IMG/VR virus record: IMGVR_UViG_3300036860_000514
Coordinates: 8,038 to 72,037 of that record
Source: a virus
Strand: one strand, 5' to 3'
DNA length: 64,000 nucleotides
The position numbers and the translations under genes were made by a program. Below, in pieces: positions 9,349-18,317 of the stretch (position 1 is its first letter; each line of letters starts with the position of its first letter). The notes beneath the pieces were generated by a model. It saw only the letters and a list, made by a program, of their open reading frames with translations, did not search any database and had not been told where the DNA came from.

Positions 9349-10518
9349 TCATCGTCCTTCGAGTCCTCGCCGAATCCAGGCCTCCCAGCGGGGCCAGAGC
9401 ATCTGCCAATCCAGATGAGCCACCGCGCCTCGACAATAGGCCGCGGCGGTCCCCTCGCCAATCGAGTGCTGCCAGCTCAGCACGCGCTCGATGGCATTCG
9501 CCACGTCGTCTGCGCGGAAGACTGGCCGACGCAGGGCGTAGACCGACTCAAGCCGGATCTCGCGCACAGGGAACCGCCACTCGATCTTCGGCACGAGCTC
9601 CAGCCCACCCCCGAAGTCGCCGTGTACGACGGGGGTGCCTGACGCCAGGCTCTCGACAATCGGGTAGCCGAAGCCCTCGCCGAGGCCCGGGGCGATCGTG
9701 ACGTCACAGATCTGGTAGAGGGCGGCGAGCTGTCGATCCGTCATCGGCGGTGTGGTGACTGTGATGCGCCGGCTCAATCCGAAGTCCTCCACGAGCTGTA
9801 CGATCGACCAATCCTTGACGAGGGTATCGATATGGAGCCACCCATAGACGTTCACGCCTCGATCGCGGAGCTCGGCGAGCGTATGGAAGTAGAGTCCGAG
9901 GTCCTTCCGTGGTTGATTGGTCGCGACGCAGCCGATGAGTGTGTGATGCGCGGCGGTGTGATAGGGCCCGAGCGTCTGCGCCAGCCAGTCGACCTCCTCC
10001 GGTTCAAGGGGCGCCGCGTAGACCTGGGTCACGATCCCATGTGGGAGGTAGGCAGTCGGCCCCCGCACCGTCTTCAGAATCTCCGCTGCCCAGCGTCCGT
10101 AGGCGATCACGCGATCCGCCGACTCGAGTGCCGCCCGCGCCGGGCCCCCGATCGATCCGCGGATATTGGTCGAGTCGATCGCCGGGTAGACCCAGCGCTG
10201 GACCGGGATCCGAATGTCGCGGAAGGCTGCGAAGCGTCCCGGATCCCAGATCACCCAGAGGATGCCCGGCTGTGTCCCGAAACACGACTGCCACATCGCC
10301 TCGACATAGGAGGCGCCCCAATCGCCGGCGGATCGGTCGAGCGGGTAGTGGCGCCACGCGGGCCACACCGGCGGCACGCCCCCACCGACCTGCACCAGAT
10401 TGACGGGCAGCGTGGCCGTGCTGATCTGGCCCACCAGATCCCGCGCGATGCGGCCCAGCCCGGTCGGCTCCTGGGGACCGTCGCCGACGATCATCAGCGG
10501 GATCTCGCCAGCCATCAC
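9349..10518 (-). CDS. Glycosyltransferase family 4
   Basis: GDGP..PTGLGRI, PHGI, VATNQPRKD, GEGFGYPIVESLASGTPVV. Confidence 0.9.
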   Translation of the reverse strand: MMAGEIPLMIVGDGPQEPTGLGRIARDLVGQISTATLPVNLVQVGGGVPPVWPAWRHYPLDRSAGDWGASYVEAMWQSCFGTQPGILWVIWDPGRFAAFRDIRIPVQRWVYPAIDSTNIRGSIGGPARAALESADRVIAYGRWAAEILKTVRGPTAYLPHGIVTQVYAAPLEPEEVDWLAQTLGPYHTAAHHTLIGCVATNQPRKDLGLYFHTLAELRDRGVNVYGWLHIDTLVKDWSIVQLVEDFGLSRRITVTTPPMTDRQLAALYQICDVTIAPGLGEGFGYPIVESLASGTPVVHGDFGGGLELVPKIEWRFPVREIRLESVYALRRPVFRADDVANAIERVLSWQHSIGEGTAAAYCRGAVAHLDWQMLWPRWEAWIRRGLEGR

Positions 10519-10772
10519 GCACTCGCGAGGGTTTCACCGGACGCGGCGGCCTCCTCGGCGACGGACTCGGCGAGTGGCGTGCGAGTCTCAAGCTGCTGAA
10601 GGAATCCCATCGCGCACGCGAGCGAGCACAGATCGCGCGCATTGTAATCAGCCCAATACGAGCGCGTGCTGCTCCCCTGCTGGAGTTGGAGCCACCCCTC
10701 CGGCGCGAGCCGATAGGTGCCTTCGAGCTCGCCCTCTTTCCCGCAGTGGTCACACCGGATTGGCCGGGCCAT
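10515..10772 (-). CDS. Hypothetical Zn-binding protein
   Basis: CDHC...CSLAC. Confidence 0.65.
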   Translation of the reverse strand: MARPIRCDHCGKEGELEGTYRLAPEGWLQLQQGSSTRSYWADYNARDLCSLACAMGFLQQLETRTPLAESVAEEAAASGETLASA

Positions 10773-10989
10773 CGCTGACCTCCTCTTTCTTCTCTCCGAG
10801 CATGTGCTGTCCGATCTGTTCCACGAGGTCGACCAGCACGACGATCCGGGTGTTGATGTCCGTCAGCCGTGTGCTGAGGACCTGATCGAGCTCGGCGATG
10901 CTCTGGGCGATCGCGTCGAGTCGTTTGTTCGCTGCCCGGGCGTTCCGCAGGGTGGTGTCCTGCGGGTTGCGTCGTGGTCGCTTCGCCAT
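10750..10989 (-). CDS. Hypothetical coiled-coil protein
   Basis: ATG 10989; heptad pattern. Confidence 0.6.
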   Translation of the reverse strand: MAKRPRRNPQDTTLRNARAANKRLDAIAQSIAELDQVLSTRLTDINTRIVVLVDLVEQIGQHMLGEKKEEVSDGPANPV

Positions 10990-10991
10990 GG

Positions 10992-11663
10992 TCAGGCTCG
11001 AATGTTGTCGAGATTCCCGAAGGCGCGAAGCATCGCCCCACACGTGCACTGAATCTGGAGCGGAAACTCGCCGTTCGGCTGCTTCTCGACGTCTTCCTGG
11101 TAGTACCGTTCGCCGCAGCCTTTCTTGTTCTCGACCTCGACGATGTTCTTGTCCTTGTCCATGACGCGGATGTTGCGCTCTTTGCTGCAGCCCCAGGACC
11201 AGCGAATATCGGCGCCAAACTCTTTGCCACCGTAGGTGCGAATGACCTCGATGTACTCCCGGTTGCTCTTCGGCTTGCTCCGTTTGGGGTCGAAGGCGGC
11301 GATCACGTAGTCGAGATCCGAGTGCAGGCCGAGTGAGCCCTGTCGTCCCCTCGGGCGCTCGTTGTTATTCAGCCGCGTCTGGAACGGGTTGTTGTTTTCC
11401 TTCCCACCCGGGCTCTGCACGATCAGGAGCGGATGGTTCTGATCCAGGATCATCTGAACTCGTTCCTTCGCGGGTTGCCCATTCGCGGCCGCAAAGGTCA
11501 GCACGTCCCAGACCGTCGTGAGATCCCCGGGGAGTCGAAACCGGTACGCGCCGGGCTGCGGCGGCGGGGCGACGCTCCCAAAGCTCGGGAGATCGTCGAG
11601 CGGTTGACCGGCGGTTGGGAGGGGCTCGTCCTTGAGTTGCAGATCGTTCAATGACTTCGGCAT
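10992..11663 (-). CDS. Putative ssDNA-binding / recombination accessory protein
   Basis: PPPQPGAYRFRL start typical of DUF669-like proteins; directly downstream of the Sak4-like ATPase. Confidence 0.45.
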   Translation of the reverse strand: MPKSLNDLQLKDEPLPTAGQPLDDLPSFGSVAPPPQPGAYRFRLPGDLTTVWDVLTFAAANGQPAKERVQMILDQNHPLLIVQSPGGKENNNPFQTRLNNNERPRGRQGSLGLHSDLDYVIAAFDPKRSKPKSNREYIEVIRTYGGKEFGADIRWSWGCSKERNIRVMDKDKNIVEVENKKGCGERYYQEDVEKQPNGEFPLQIQCTCGAMLRAFGNLDNIRA

Positions 11664-11689
11664 AACCTTCTCTCCTCTTCAGCAGACAG

Positions 11690-13078
11690 TTAGGCCCCCG
11701 GGGCTCGTTGCGGAGGTTTCGGGCCGGGCGGGGGTGGCGCCGACACCCCCGTCCCTGGCGGGGTGGCGACTGGCGTCGCATCCGGAGCGGCGGCGGCGCG
11801 CGCCCGTCGACGGGGTTGGGGAATCGGCGTATCCGGAGCGACAGGCGTGGTGGGCGTCTGGAGACTCACGCTGACGAGCGTCTCGGCATACCCCATTGAA
11901 TGTGGTCGCGGCACGACGGGCTGTGGAGCCTCGACCGTGACGGCCTCGCCGTAGTTCGCGAGGGCCGGAGCCGGCAAGGGCTGTGTGGCGCCCTGCTGAT
12001 CGGCTTCGAGGCTGCGGCGCAGATCCTCGTCGAGCAGCTTGTAGACGGAGCCGAGATGCACGTTCGTGTTGGGGCGGTTCTCCTCCTCGGGTGGATCGAT
12101 GATGACGGAGGGGACGGCGCCGGGCGAAGCGGAGCTTTTGAGCAGATGACGCCGGTTTTGGGCGTCGGTGAACGGCCGGAGGTACAACGCGAAATGCGTC
12201 TTGCCCTCGGTGTCGAGCACTTTGGCCGCTTCCATGACGTTACCGAACCACGTGCTCGCTTGATTGGTCGCGGCCCGGCCCGGCAGTTCCAGCCCGACGA
12301 TCGGCAAGCCTTCCTCGCTCGCCTCCATCGTCAGGCCCGTGAAGATCGGGCCCTCGACGAGGTAGGGAATCGCCAGGCTATTCCGGACCAGTTGATCGGC
12401 GCGGGTCTGCGCAAAATAGACGTCCGCCCGGTTGTTGCCCCCGAAACTCATCGCCCCGGACTTCACGACGCCGCCGAAGGCGGGTTTCTCCCCACCAATC
12501 AGGCCTGCGCCGCGTTGACGATCCATCTCGTGCAGGACATCGGTAGACATGGACGAGAGCGAGTCGAACGCCACGCCGCCGACGAGTTCGAAGCCTTTCG
12601 TCCGCAGCACGGTTTCCTTCACCTGGAGATCGCTCGGCGTCATCATCTGTTTGCAGTCCGTGCAGTAGGTCGGGACGATCATCGAGGGCGTCGGCACGGT
12701 CTGGAGAGGATGGCCCGTCGGACACGACAGTTCGTACTTCGTTGTGACCGGGGGGACCATCTGCACCGCCGGATCGGTCTCGCCAGTCTCCGGATTAATC
12801 CGTCGCGGCCAATAGCCTTTGGTCGCCAGGTAGAGCGTCTCGATCGCGAGGCCTTCCGCGGAGCGCGTGCGCGCGCGCCAGAACCGGATCAGGCCTTGTC
12901 GCATGCGCCGCTGGACGATGGTGGGGATCGCCCCCCCATCCCAGCAATAGAGCAGGAGAATCCGCTGGTGGACTTCCCAGAGGTATTCAGCGGCTGTCGC
13001 GAGCAGCGATGATTTGCCGGAGCCGCTGATCCCGATGATCAACGTGGCGGTAAAGAGACGACGCAGCGTGTCAGACAT
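11690..13078 (-). CDS. AAA_24 / Sak4-like P-loop ATPase (phage recombinase), with Zn-ribbon insertion
   Basis: Walker A GISGSGKS, Walker B VAFDSLS, CPTGH...CTDC insert, Pro-rich tail. Confidence 0.7.
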   Translation of the reverse strand: MSDTLRRLFTATLIIGISGSGKSSLLATAAEYLWEVHQRILLLYCWDGGAIPTIVQRRMRQGLIRFWRARTRSAEGLAIETLYLATKGYWPRRINPETGETDPAVQMVPPVTTKYELSCPTGHPLQTVPTPSMIVPTYCTDCKQMMTPSDLQVKETVLRTKGFELVGGVAFDSLSSMSTDVLHEMDRQRGAGLIGGEKPAFGGVVKSGAMSFGGNNRADVYFAQTRADQLVRNSLAIPYLVEGPIFTGLTMEASEEGLPIVGLELPGRAATNQASTWFGNVMEAAKVLDTEGKTHFALYLRPFTDAQNRRHLLKSSASPGAVPSVIIDPPEEENRPNTNVHLGSVYKLLDEDLRRSLEADQQGATQPLPAPALANYGEAVTVEAPQPVVPRPHSMGYAETLVSVSLQTPTTPVAPDTPIPQPRRRARAAAAPDATPVATPPGTGVSAPPPPGPKPPQRAPGA

Positions 13079-13093
13079 ATAGGTGTCGTGCTT

Positions 13094-13579
13094 TCACTCG
13101 GCGAGTTCCTGGAGTTCCGCGATGAGGGCAAGCAGCGCCTCTGATTGGATCGCCTCCGCCTCGCCGTCCCGATCGACGATCTCGTCAGTGACTGTCTGGA
13201 GCTTGACAATGACGCGCACCAGCACGGCGTGCGGGACGATCACCACGCGTGCCTCGCTCGCGGCGGGCCTCTGCTCCACAGCCCGCTGTGCTTCAGCCCA
13301 CGCCGCCATCCATGCCTCGCTCAGGAACTGACGCAGCTTGCCCCACTCAGGCGGGTGACTCGCCATCCACCGATCGAAGGCCTCGGTGCGATCGTCGTCG
13401 ACGGGCGTGATCCGGACACGCTGTGGTGGCTGGACTCCGACATGCCGCGGTTTCGCGCCTCCGCTCCCGCAGGTGGTGCAGCCGTCTGAGAGCGGTCCCG
13501 TGTTGTCGGTGCCACAGCGTGGGCACTTCCAGAGCAACATCGGACCCAGGCCCGGCCCGTCATAGTGCCGTTCCGCCAT
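13094..13579 (-). CDS. Hypothetical Zn-ribbon protein
   Basis: WKCPRCG...CTTCG. Confidence 0.65.
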   Translation of the reverse strand: MAERHYDGPGLGPMLLWKCPRCGTDNTGPLSDGCTTCGSGGAKPRHVGVQPPQRVRITPVDDDRTEAFDRWMASHPPEWGKLRQFLSEAWMAAWAEAQRAVEQRPAASEARVVIVPHAVLVRVIVKLQTVTDEIVDRDGEAEAIQSEALLALIAELQELAE

Positions 13580-13596
13580 TGCCGTAACCTACCCGT

Positions 13597-13806
13597 TCAG
13601 AGATCCGCGGTGTCCGCCGTGCGCAGGTACTCGTCGAGCGTCGCGCTCGAGAATCGATGTTTCCGCACCCCGAGGGTCGGGAGCGTCGGGATCGGAAAGC
13701 GTCCGTCCGCGAGGAGCTTCTCGCCCGTCCGTTTCGAGATCCGCAACCGCTGGCAGACTTCCGCCAGCGTGAGGACCTCAACCAGTGTCGTTCTGTGCGC
13801 CGTCAT
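13597..13806 (-). CDS. Excisionase-like HTH (HTH_17)
   Basis: VLTLAEVCQRLRISKRT...GRFP...HRFS...LDEYL. Confidence 0.8.
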   Translation of the reverse strand: MTAHRTTLVEVLTLAEVCQRLRISKRTGEKLLADGRFPIPTLPTLGVRKHRFSSATLDEYLRTADTADL

Positions 13807-14054
13807 GACGTGATGCGTGTTTCGGCAGAGGCTCGCCGTCGCCGCTTCGGTCGGGCGTTCTTCGTCTCGCGGTCGGCGAACTTTGCCAGAAAGAGTCGGA
13901 TTTTGTGCAAGGTGCGGTCGTACGGTTTGCGGCGGCGATTGTTGAGCAGGCGTTGTAGGGTGGCCCCCCGAATGCCGATCCGCTTGCCGAGCTTTTCGTA
14001 CGACAGGTTCTCGTCCAGCCGGATTCGATTCAGTTCGACGAGTTCTGGTAGCAC
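13803..14054 (-). CDS. Cro-like XRE HTH regulator
   Basis: LNRIRLDENLSYEKLGKRIGIRGATLQRLL; GTG 14054 chosen because the ORF-track ATG (14102) lies in the -10 box. Confidence 0.75.
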   Translation of the reverse strand: MLPELVELNRIRLDENLSYEKLGKRIGIRGATLQRLLNNRRRKPYDRTLHKIRLFLAKFADRETKNARPKRRRRASAETRITS

Positions 14055-14100
14055 CGGTATGCCCTCACTGCGTCTCCGTGTATGACAGACCGTTGAGCGC

Positions 14101-14129
14101 ATCGTAGAGAGGCAGTACTATCATGTCAA
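14101..14129 (-). promoter_or_regulatory. Sigma70-type leftward (cro) promoter
   Basis: TTGACA-17 nt-TACGAT on the minus strand. Confidence 0.75.
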
Positions 14130-14180
14130 GCACAAAATGCAATGGCAGTGCAGGCGGTAACAGTGGTAATGTATGGTCTC

Positions 14181-14621
14181 GTGGCGACAGAGTTCCAAAC
14201 ACTCCTCCGGAGCGCGTCCGCGCATTACGACACACAACAAGATCTCGCTGATGCTCTGGGGATCAGCGTGGCGAGACTCAACCGTGCGCTGAATAAGGGC
14301 GACTATCCCCTGAGCGCGCAGAACTGTTTGCGCCTCGCCCTGGTCGCGGGTCAACCCGCGTCCGTAATTCTGCGCGCGGCCGGGAAAACCGATCTCGCCG
14401 ATCTGATCGAGCGGCTCTATGGCCGATCCGATCTCACACCCATGCAGCGCGAGGTGTTGGAGGAGTGGGCCCTACTGCCCCCCGAGGTGCAGACAGTGGT
14501 GCTGCAACTAATGCGCGTGGGCAATGCAGCCCGGCGGCGAAGCGGAGGAGCGTCAAGACCGCAGCCTGCGCCTCACGTGGAGCCCACGCCAGCAGCACGG
14601 CGGCGTCGGCGCGCAGGCTAG
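14181..14621 (+). CDS. CI-like XRE repressor
   Basis: TQQDLADALGISVARLNRAL HTH; divergent from cro-like gene; start 14169 or 14181. Confidence 0.78.
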   Translation: MATEFQTLLRSASAHYDTQQDLADALGISVARLNRALNKGDYPLSAQNCLRLALVAGQPASVILRAAGKTDLADLIERLYGRSDLTPMQREVLEEWALLPPEVQTVVLQLMRVGNAARRRSGGASRPQPAPHVEPTPAARRRRRAG

Positions 14622-14891
14622 CGTGCACACACGGATGGACCAGTAGGCGCGCTCCTGATGTGCGTCTGGGGGTACACGACGTCATTCGAGCCCTCCGAAC
14701 AAAAAGACCGCTAGGGAGGGGGAGCTGGGATCCGGAAGTGTAATCGAGGAAACCTGGGTGGCAATCGACCAAAGATCGGCGAGGATACGGGTCATTGACG
14801 AGACATGGACGGACTGAACTGTATAGAACGGATCGGAATCAGACGCGACCGACACAGATTTGTGTGCAAGACGTACGCGAGGGATCACACG

Positions 14892-15092
14892 ATGTCGTTG
14901 ACACACCGCGGCAGACTCACCCTGCAACAGAACGCCGCGCACGCGCGGCAAGCAAAGAAAGATAAAGCGGCCGCACGCTGGCAACAGCAGATGGCGTGGG
15001 CGAAGCGCGGAGCCGCCGAGCGCGTGGTCGAGATTCACTTTGAGCTCCAACGACTTGAGCAGTTCCTCACCGATGGGGATCGTGAATCGTGA
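14892..15092 (+). CDS. Hypothetical protein
   Basis: ATG with GAGGGA; stop overlaps integrase GTG. Confidence 0.5.
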   Translation: MSLTHRGRLTLQQNAAHARQAKKDKAAARWQQQMAWAKRGAAERVVEIHFELQRLEQFLTDGDRES

Positions 15093-16138
15093 AGGATCTG
15101 ACGATAGGCGTCTACGATACGCCCACGCGTCGGCGGGCGATCGTCGATCTTGGGAGGGCTGGGCGGAAGGAGAAACGCTTTCCGCTCACGACCGATCTCC
15201 GCACGATCCAACGCTGGCGCCACGTCACGACGGTCAAGCTCGAGACGCGCGCGCGCCGCCGATCGCCAGGACCGAGGGGCTGGCTCGCCACGCTCATCAA
15301 TCAGTATCTGGCGCGGCCCGAGATCCGCAAGCTGGCGTCGTGGAAGTCGCGCTGTTCTGATGCCCGGGCGTGGCTGCCGGCGCTCGGATCGCTGCGTAGC
15401 GATCGGATCACCGACGAGGTGATCGAGGCCGAGGTCCAGGCGTGGCTCGCGGCGGGCGTGGCGCGCTGGACGATTCGCCATCGCTTGACGGCGCTGCGCA
15501 AGGTGCTCGACGATGGGACGGGGTACAACCCGGCCCGCGACGTGAAGCCGCCGGCGAAGCCACAAACGATCCCGCGCGCGCTCGACTACGCGACGATCCG
15601 CACGACGTTCAATCAAATGGAGCCGTCTGCGACCAAAGGCTTTCTCTTGATCATGGCGTTCTGCGGCTTCCGCCCGTGTGAGATTCTCCGCACCGAGCGG
15701 CGGATGGTGCGCCTCGACAGCCACGCGCCCTATGCCATCCGGCCAACCGCCAAGGGCGGAGACATCGTCACCCTGCCGCTCTCGGCGGAGGGCGTGCTCG
15801 GCTGGCAGATGTTTCTCGATCACGACGGCTTCGGTCTGCAAGCCAACCAGAGACCCAGGACCTTCTGCAACGCGAATCGCGATTGGCAGGCGGCGATGAC
15901 TCGTGCCGGCTTCGAGCCGACCCGCGCCTACGATCTCGTGCACTCCTACTGCACACAGCTCCTGTGGGGCGGCTACGACATCACGCTCGTGCAGAAGGCC
16001 CGCGGGCACCGCGACATCCGCACGACGATGATCTACACGAAGGTGGCGATCGACCCGCGCCTCGCGCATGCCGTGCACCAGGCGTTCGACGCTCGCACGC
16101 CTCCACTGGTACTCACTAGTACAGTACACAGGACGTGA
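15089..16138 (+). CDS. int: Tyrosine recombinase/integrase (HxxR box degenerate: YDLV)
   Basis: GFRPCE, TAKGG, YDLVHSY, ARGHRDIRTTMIY; adjacent attP. Confidence 0.88.
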   Translation: MKDLTIGVYDTPTRRRAIVDLGRAGRKEKRFPLTTDLRTIQRWRHVTTVKLETRARRRSPGPRGWLATLINQYLARPEIRKLASWKSRCSDARAWLPALGSLRSDRITDEVIEAEVQAWLAAGVARWTIRHRLTALRKVLDDGTGYNPARDVKPPAKPQTIPRALDYATIRTTFNQMEPSATKGFLLIMAFCGFRPCEILRTERRMVRLDSHAPYAIRPTAKGGDIVTLPLSAEGVLGWQMFLDHDGFGLQANQRPRTFCNANRDWQAAMTRAGFEPTRAYDLVHSYCTQLLWGGYDITLVQKARGHRDIRTTMIYTKVAIDPRLAHAVHQAFDARTPPLVLTSTVHRT

Positions 16139-16183
16139 TCGATGACCGTGGTGTGGAGCTATCGTGAACAGGGAGCGCCGATC

Positions 16184-16375
16184 ATGATCCGACAGGAAAT
16201 CGTCGATGGACTCTCGACACTCATCGCGCGGCTCGTCAACGAGTTGCCCGCACAGCCGCCATTTGAGGAGCACGAGTGGATGTATGTGAAAGGGATCGCC
16301 TCTGGGGAGCTCCTCCGGCTGCGTGATCGGCTCGCGCAGATCTCGGATCTGGGAACGGTCTCGAACCCGCGGTGA
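16184..16375 (+). CDS. Hypothetical protein
   Basis: ATG with AGGGAG; ORF track starts at 16142. Confidence 0.45.
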   Translation: MIRQEIVDGLSTLIARLVNELPAQPPFEEHEWMYVKGIASGELLRLRDRLAQISDLGTVSNPR

Positions 16376-16391
16376 TCGCCACAACAGCCCT

Positions 16392-16639
16392 GACGACCTT
16401 GGCGGGCGATCTTGGCACCCCCGGCAAACATTCGGAAAACCCCCGGATAAGTTGGCCTCCGGAGCCAAAGGCCGCAGGTTCGAATCCTGCCGGGCGCGCC
16501 AATGAAAATGGGCCTGATCTGAGGAAAACCGGCCCTCCGCTCCCACCCACTTACGCATTCAGTAACTCGCAAATCTCCGAATAAAATCGTAGGGTTCCGC
16601 GCCAGCCACGAGGACGACCTTGGTGGCCTGATCTTGGCA
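16392..16639. repeat. Direct repeats flanking the attP core (putative integrase arm sites)
   Basis: GACGACCTTGGCGGGCGATCTTGGCA (16392-16417) vs GACGACCTTGGTGGCCTGATCTTGGCA (16613-16639). Confidence 0.7.
16451..16501 (+). other. attP core: 3' part of tRNA-Arg(CCG)
   Basis: Anticodon stem TTGGC-CTCCGGA-GCCAA, T-arm GCAGG-TTCGAAT-CCTGC, acceptor 3' strand ending CCA; no 5' acceptor strand or D-arm. Confidence 0.88.
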
Positions 16640-16642
16640 GGC

Positions 16643-16918
16643 TCACTCCCCGACCTCCGTCGGCGTGGGGCCTGGCAGCGCCGGCGTGGTGGCTTGTCGA
16701 CGTTTGCGGATCGGACTCGTGGTGGTAACGCTGGCAGGCGGCGTATGCTCGCGAGCGGTCTGCCCGTTGCCGGCGCGCGGCGCCGCAACGGGGCCTCGCG
16801 TCGATCGCCGACGGATGATCTCGCTGGCGACCTCGAGCCCCAGACGCGCGACCTCGATCGGCGCGGTCTCGAAGTACTGCATGACGGCGGAAATGGGGTC
16901 ACGAACTTTGCGTGGCAT
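16643..16918 (-). CDS. Hypothetical protein
   Basis: ATG 16918 with GAGGAG. Confidence 0.6.
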   Translation of the reverse strand: MPRKVRDPISAVMQYFETAPIEVARLGLEVASEIIRRRSTRGPVAAPRAGNGQTAREHTPPASVTTTSPIRKRRQATTPALPGPTPTEVGE

Positions 16919-16922
16919 CGGA

Positions 16923-18317
16923 CTACTCCTCCTCGATCTCGGCGGCCTGTTCGGGCAGGAGGCCGCGGCTGATCGCTTGGGTGGTCTCGGGTCGGTGGTG
17001 CGGGAGGCGCGGCTGATAGCGCCCGGAGCCGATCGGATCCTCCCAGCCGGCCTCACGGAGACAGATCCGCACCATCTCGCACTCGTGCTCTTTGCCATAG
17101 GGGCGACAGTTCCAGCTTTGCGGGACGAGCTCGTCGAGCTTCTGCTGGAACTCGGGGGAGGCCCAGGAAAATTTTTGCTGGTACTCGTAGAGCTCCCAGA
17201 GGATAGTCTGCCAACGAAGCTCTTCGCTGAGCATGGATCGTCGGAGGCTCTGAATCTGCAGGTCCTGTCGATTCAAGGGGCCGAGCACGAAACAGATCTT
17301 GTCGAGGACCGAGGGTGGGAGCTGGCGGACCCAGAACTCATCGGCGTCGAGGGTGGGGTCCGAGCCGCGATAGGCTCGCCAGACGCCCCAGTCCGATCCC
17401 TCCAGCTCCCACACCCCGCGACGCCGGTGGGCCTTACTGGCGTATTGCTCCACCCCAGCGGCATCGATCCATTTGTAGGCCGGCTTCCAGTCGTCCTTCG
17501 CCTGCGGCGGGTTCCCGGGTCGGCAGTAGCCGTAGCAGAGCGAGGTCTGCTGCCGCTTCATGCCCTCAAGCGGTGTGCCGATCATCTCCTTGCGATCGTC
17601 TTTCTTCCGCGCGCCTTTGGAGAGGCCGACGATGTAGAGCTCGCTGCACTCGTGGCCGTACCGCTTCTCCAGATCGAGTGTGCCGAGCCCGAGCTGCGGT
17701 TTGGTCTCCCACTGCTCCGCCCAGTTGTCAGAGTCCCAGCCTGTTGTTTTGAACTCAAAGTAAGCAAGATGCTTCGCCTGGCGATGCTGAGCTAGGGCGT
17801 CGGTCCGGAGCATCAGCGCGTGGCCGGCGCAGTCGCGGCGGATGTGCTCGTCATCGTTGAGGGGACCGGCGCCGCAGGTGCAATCGAGGAAGTGCAGACG
17901 CTCACGTTCGACCTCCAGGATCTTGTACGCCTGGTGCAGCCAGGGAAGGAAGTGCACCGTCGCCGCCCACGCGAGGCCCCCGATCAGGACGGACTGCTCG
18001 CGGATGGTCTCCTCGATGATTGGCGAGCTGAGGATCGCGCGGAACCCACGACTAGTGAGCCGGGCTTCGTAGTGGTCGCGGACCTCGCGGATGATCGCGC
18101 GGACTTCCGACGCAGTCGGCAACCGGTCGTGCACGCGGAGGATGTCGAGCAGCGCGCCCATAATGATGTGGGTGTACGTACCCGTGGAGAGGGGTACGGA
18201 TTCGCCCCGTCCCGCATAGCCGTACCCAGAGGGGCCGGCGTGGTAGCGGAGGTACCGCGCCCGCGGACAGCGCCCCGTACCAGTTTCGTAGCGGCTGCGA
18301 TCGGTCAGCCAGATCAT
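16923..18317 (-). CDS. PD-(D/E)XK Cas4/RecB-like phage exonuclease
   Basis: N-terminal RCPRARYL, GTYTH, EVERE, RTDAL...FEFKT, Q motif, C-terminal C..C..C Fe-S-type cysteines. Confidence 0.75.
   Translation of the reverse strand: MIWLTDRSRYETGTGRCPRARYLRYHAGPSGYGYAGRGESVPLSTGTYTHIIMGALLDILRVHDRLPTASEVRAIIREVRDHYEARLTSRGFRAILSSPIIEETIREQSVLIGGLAWAATVHFLPWLHQAYKILEVERERLHFLDCTCGAGPLNDDEHIRRDCAGHALMLRTDALAQHRQAKHLAYFEFKTTGWDSDNWAEQWETKPQLGLGTLDLEKRYGHECSELYIVGLSKGARKKDDRKEMIGTPLEGMKRQQTSLCYGYCRPGNPPQAKDDWKPAYKWIDAAGVEQYASKAHRRRGVWELEGSDWGVWRAYRGSDPTLDADEFWVRQLPPSVLDKICFVLGPLNRQDLQIQSLRRSMLSEELRWQTILWELYEYQQKFSWASPEFQQKLDELVPQSWNCRPYGKEHECEMVRICLREAGWEDPIGSGRYQPRLPHHRPETTQAISRGLLPEQAAEIEEE

Noticed and set aside
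16425-16501. Complete tRNA-Arg gene
   Set aside because: No 5' acceptor strand complementary to CGGGCGC and no D-arm; only the 3' part is present, so it is called attP
15035-16558. 507-aa minus-strand ORF
   Set aside because: Antisense shadow of the integrase and attP; no motifs; expected in high-GC DNA
16923-18317. Cas4 as part of a CRISPR system
   Set aside because: No cas1/cas2 and no repeat-spacer array seen anywhere; fits a stand-alone phage exonuclease
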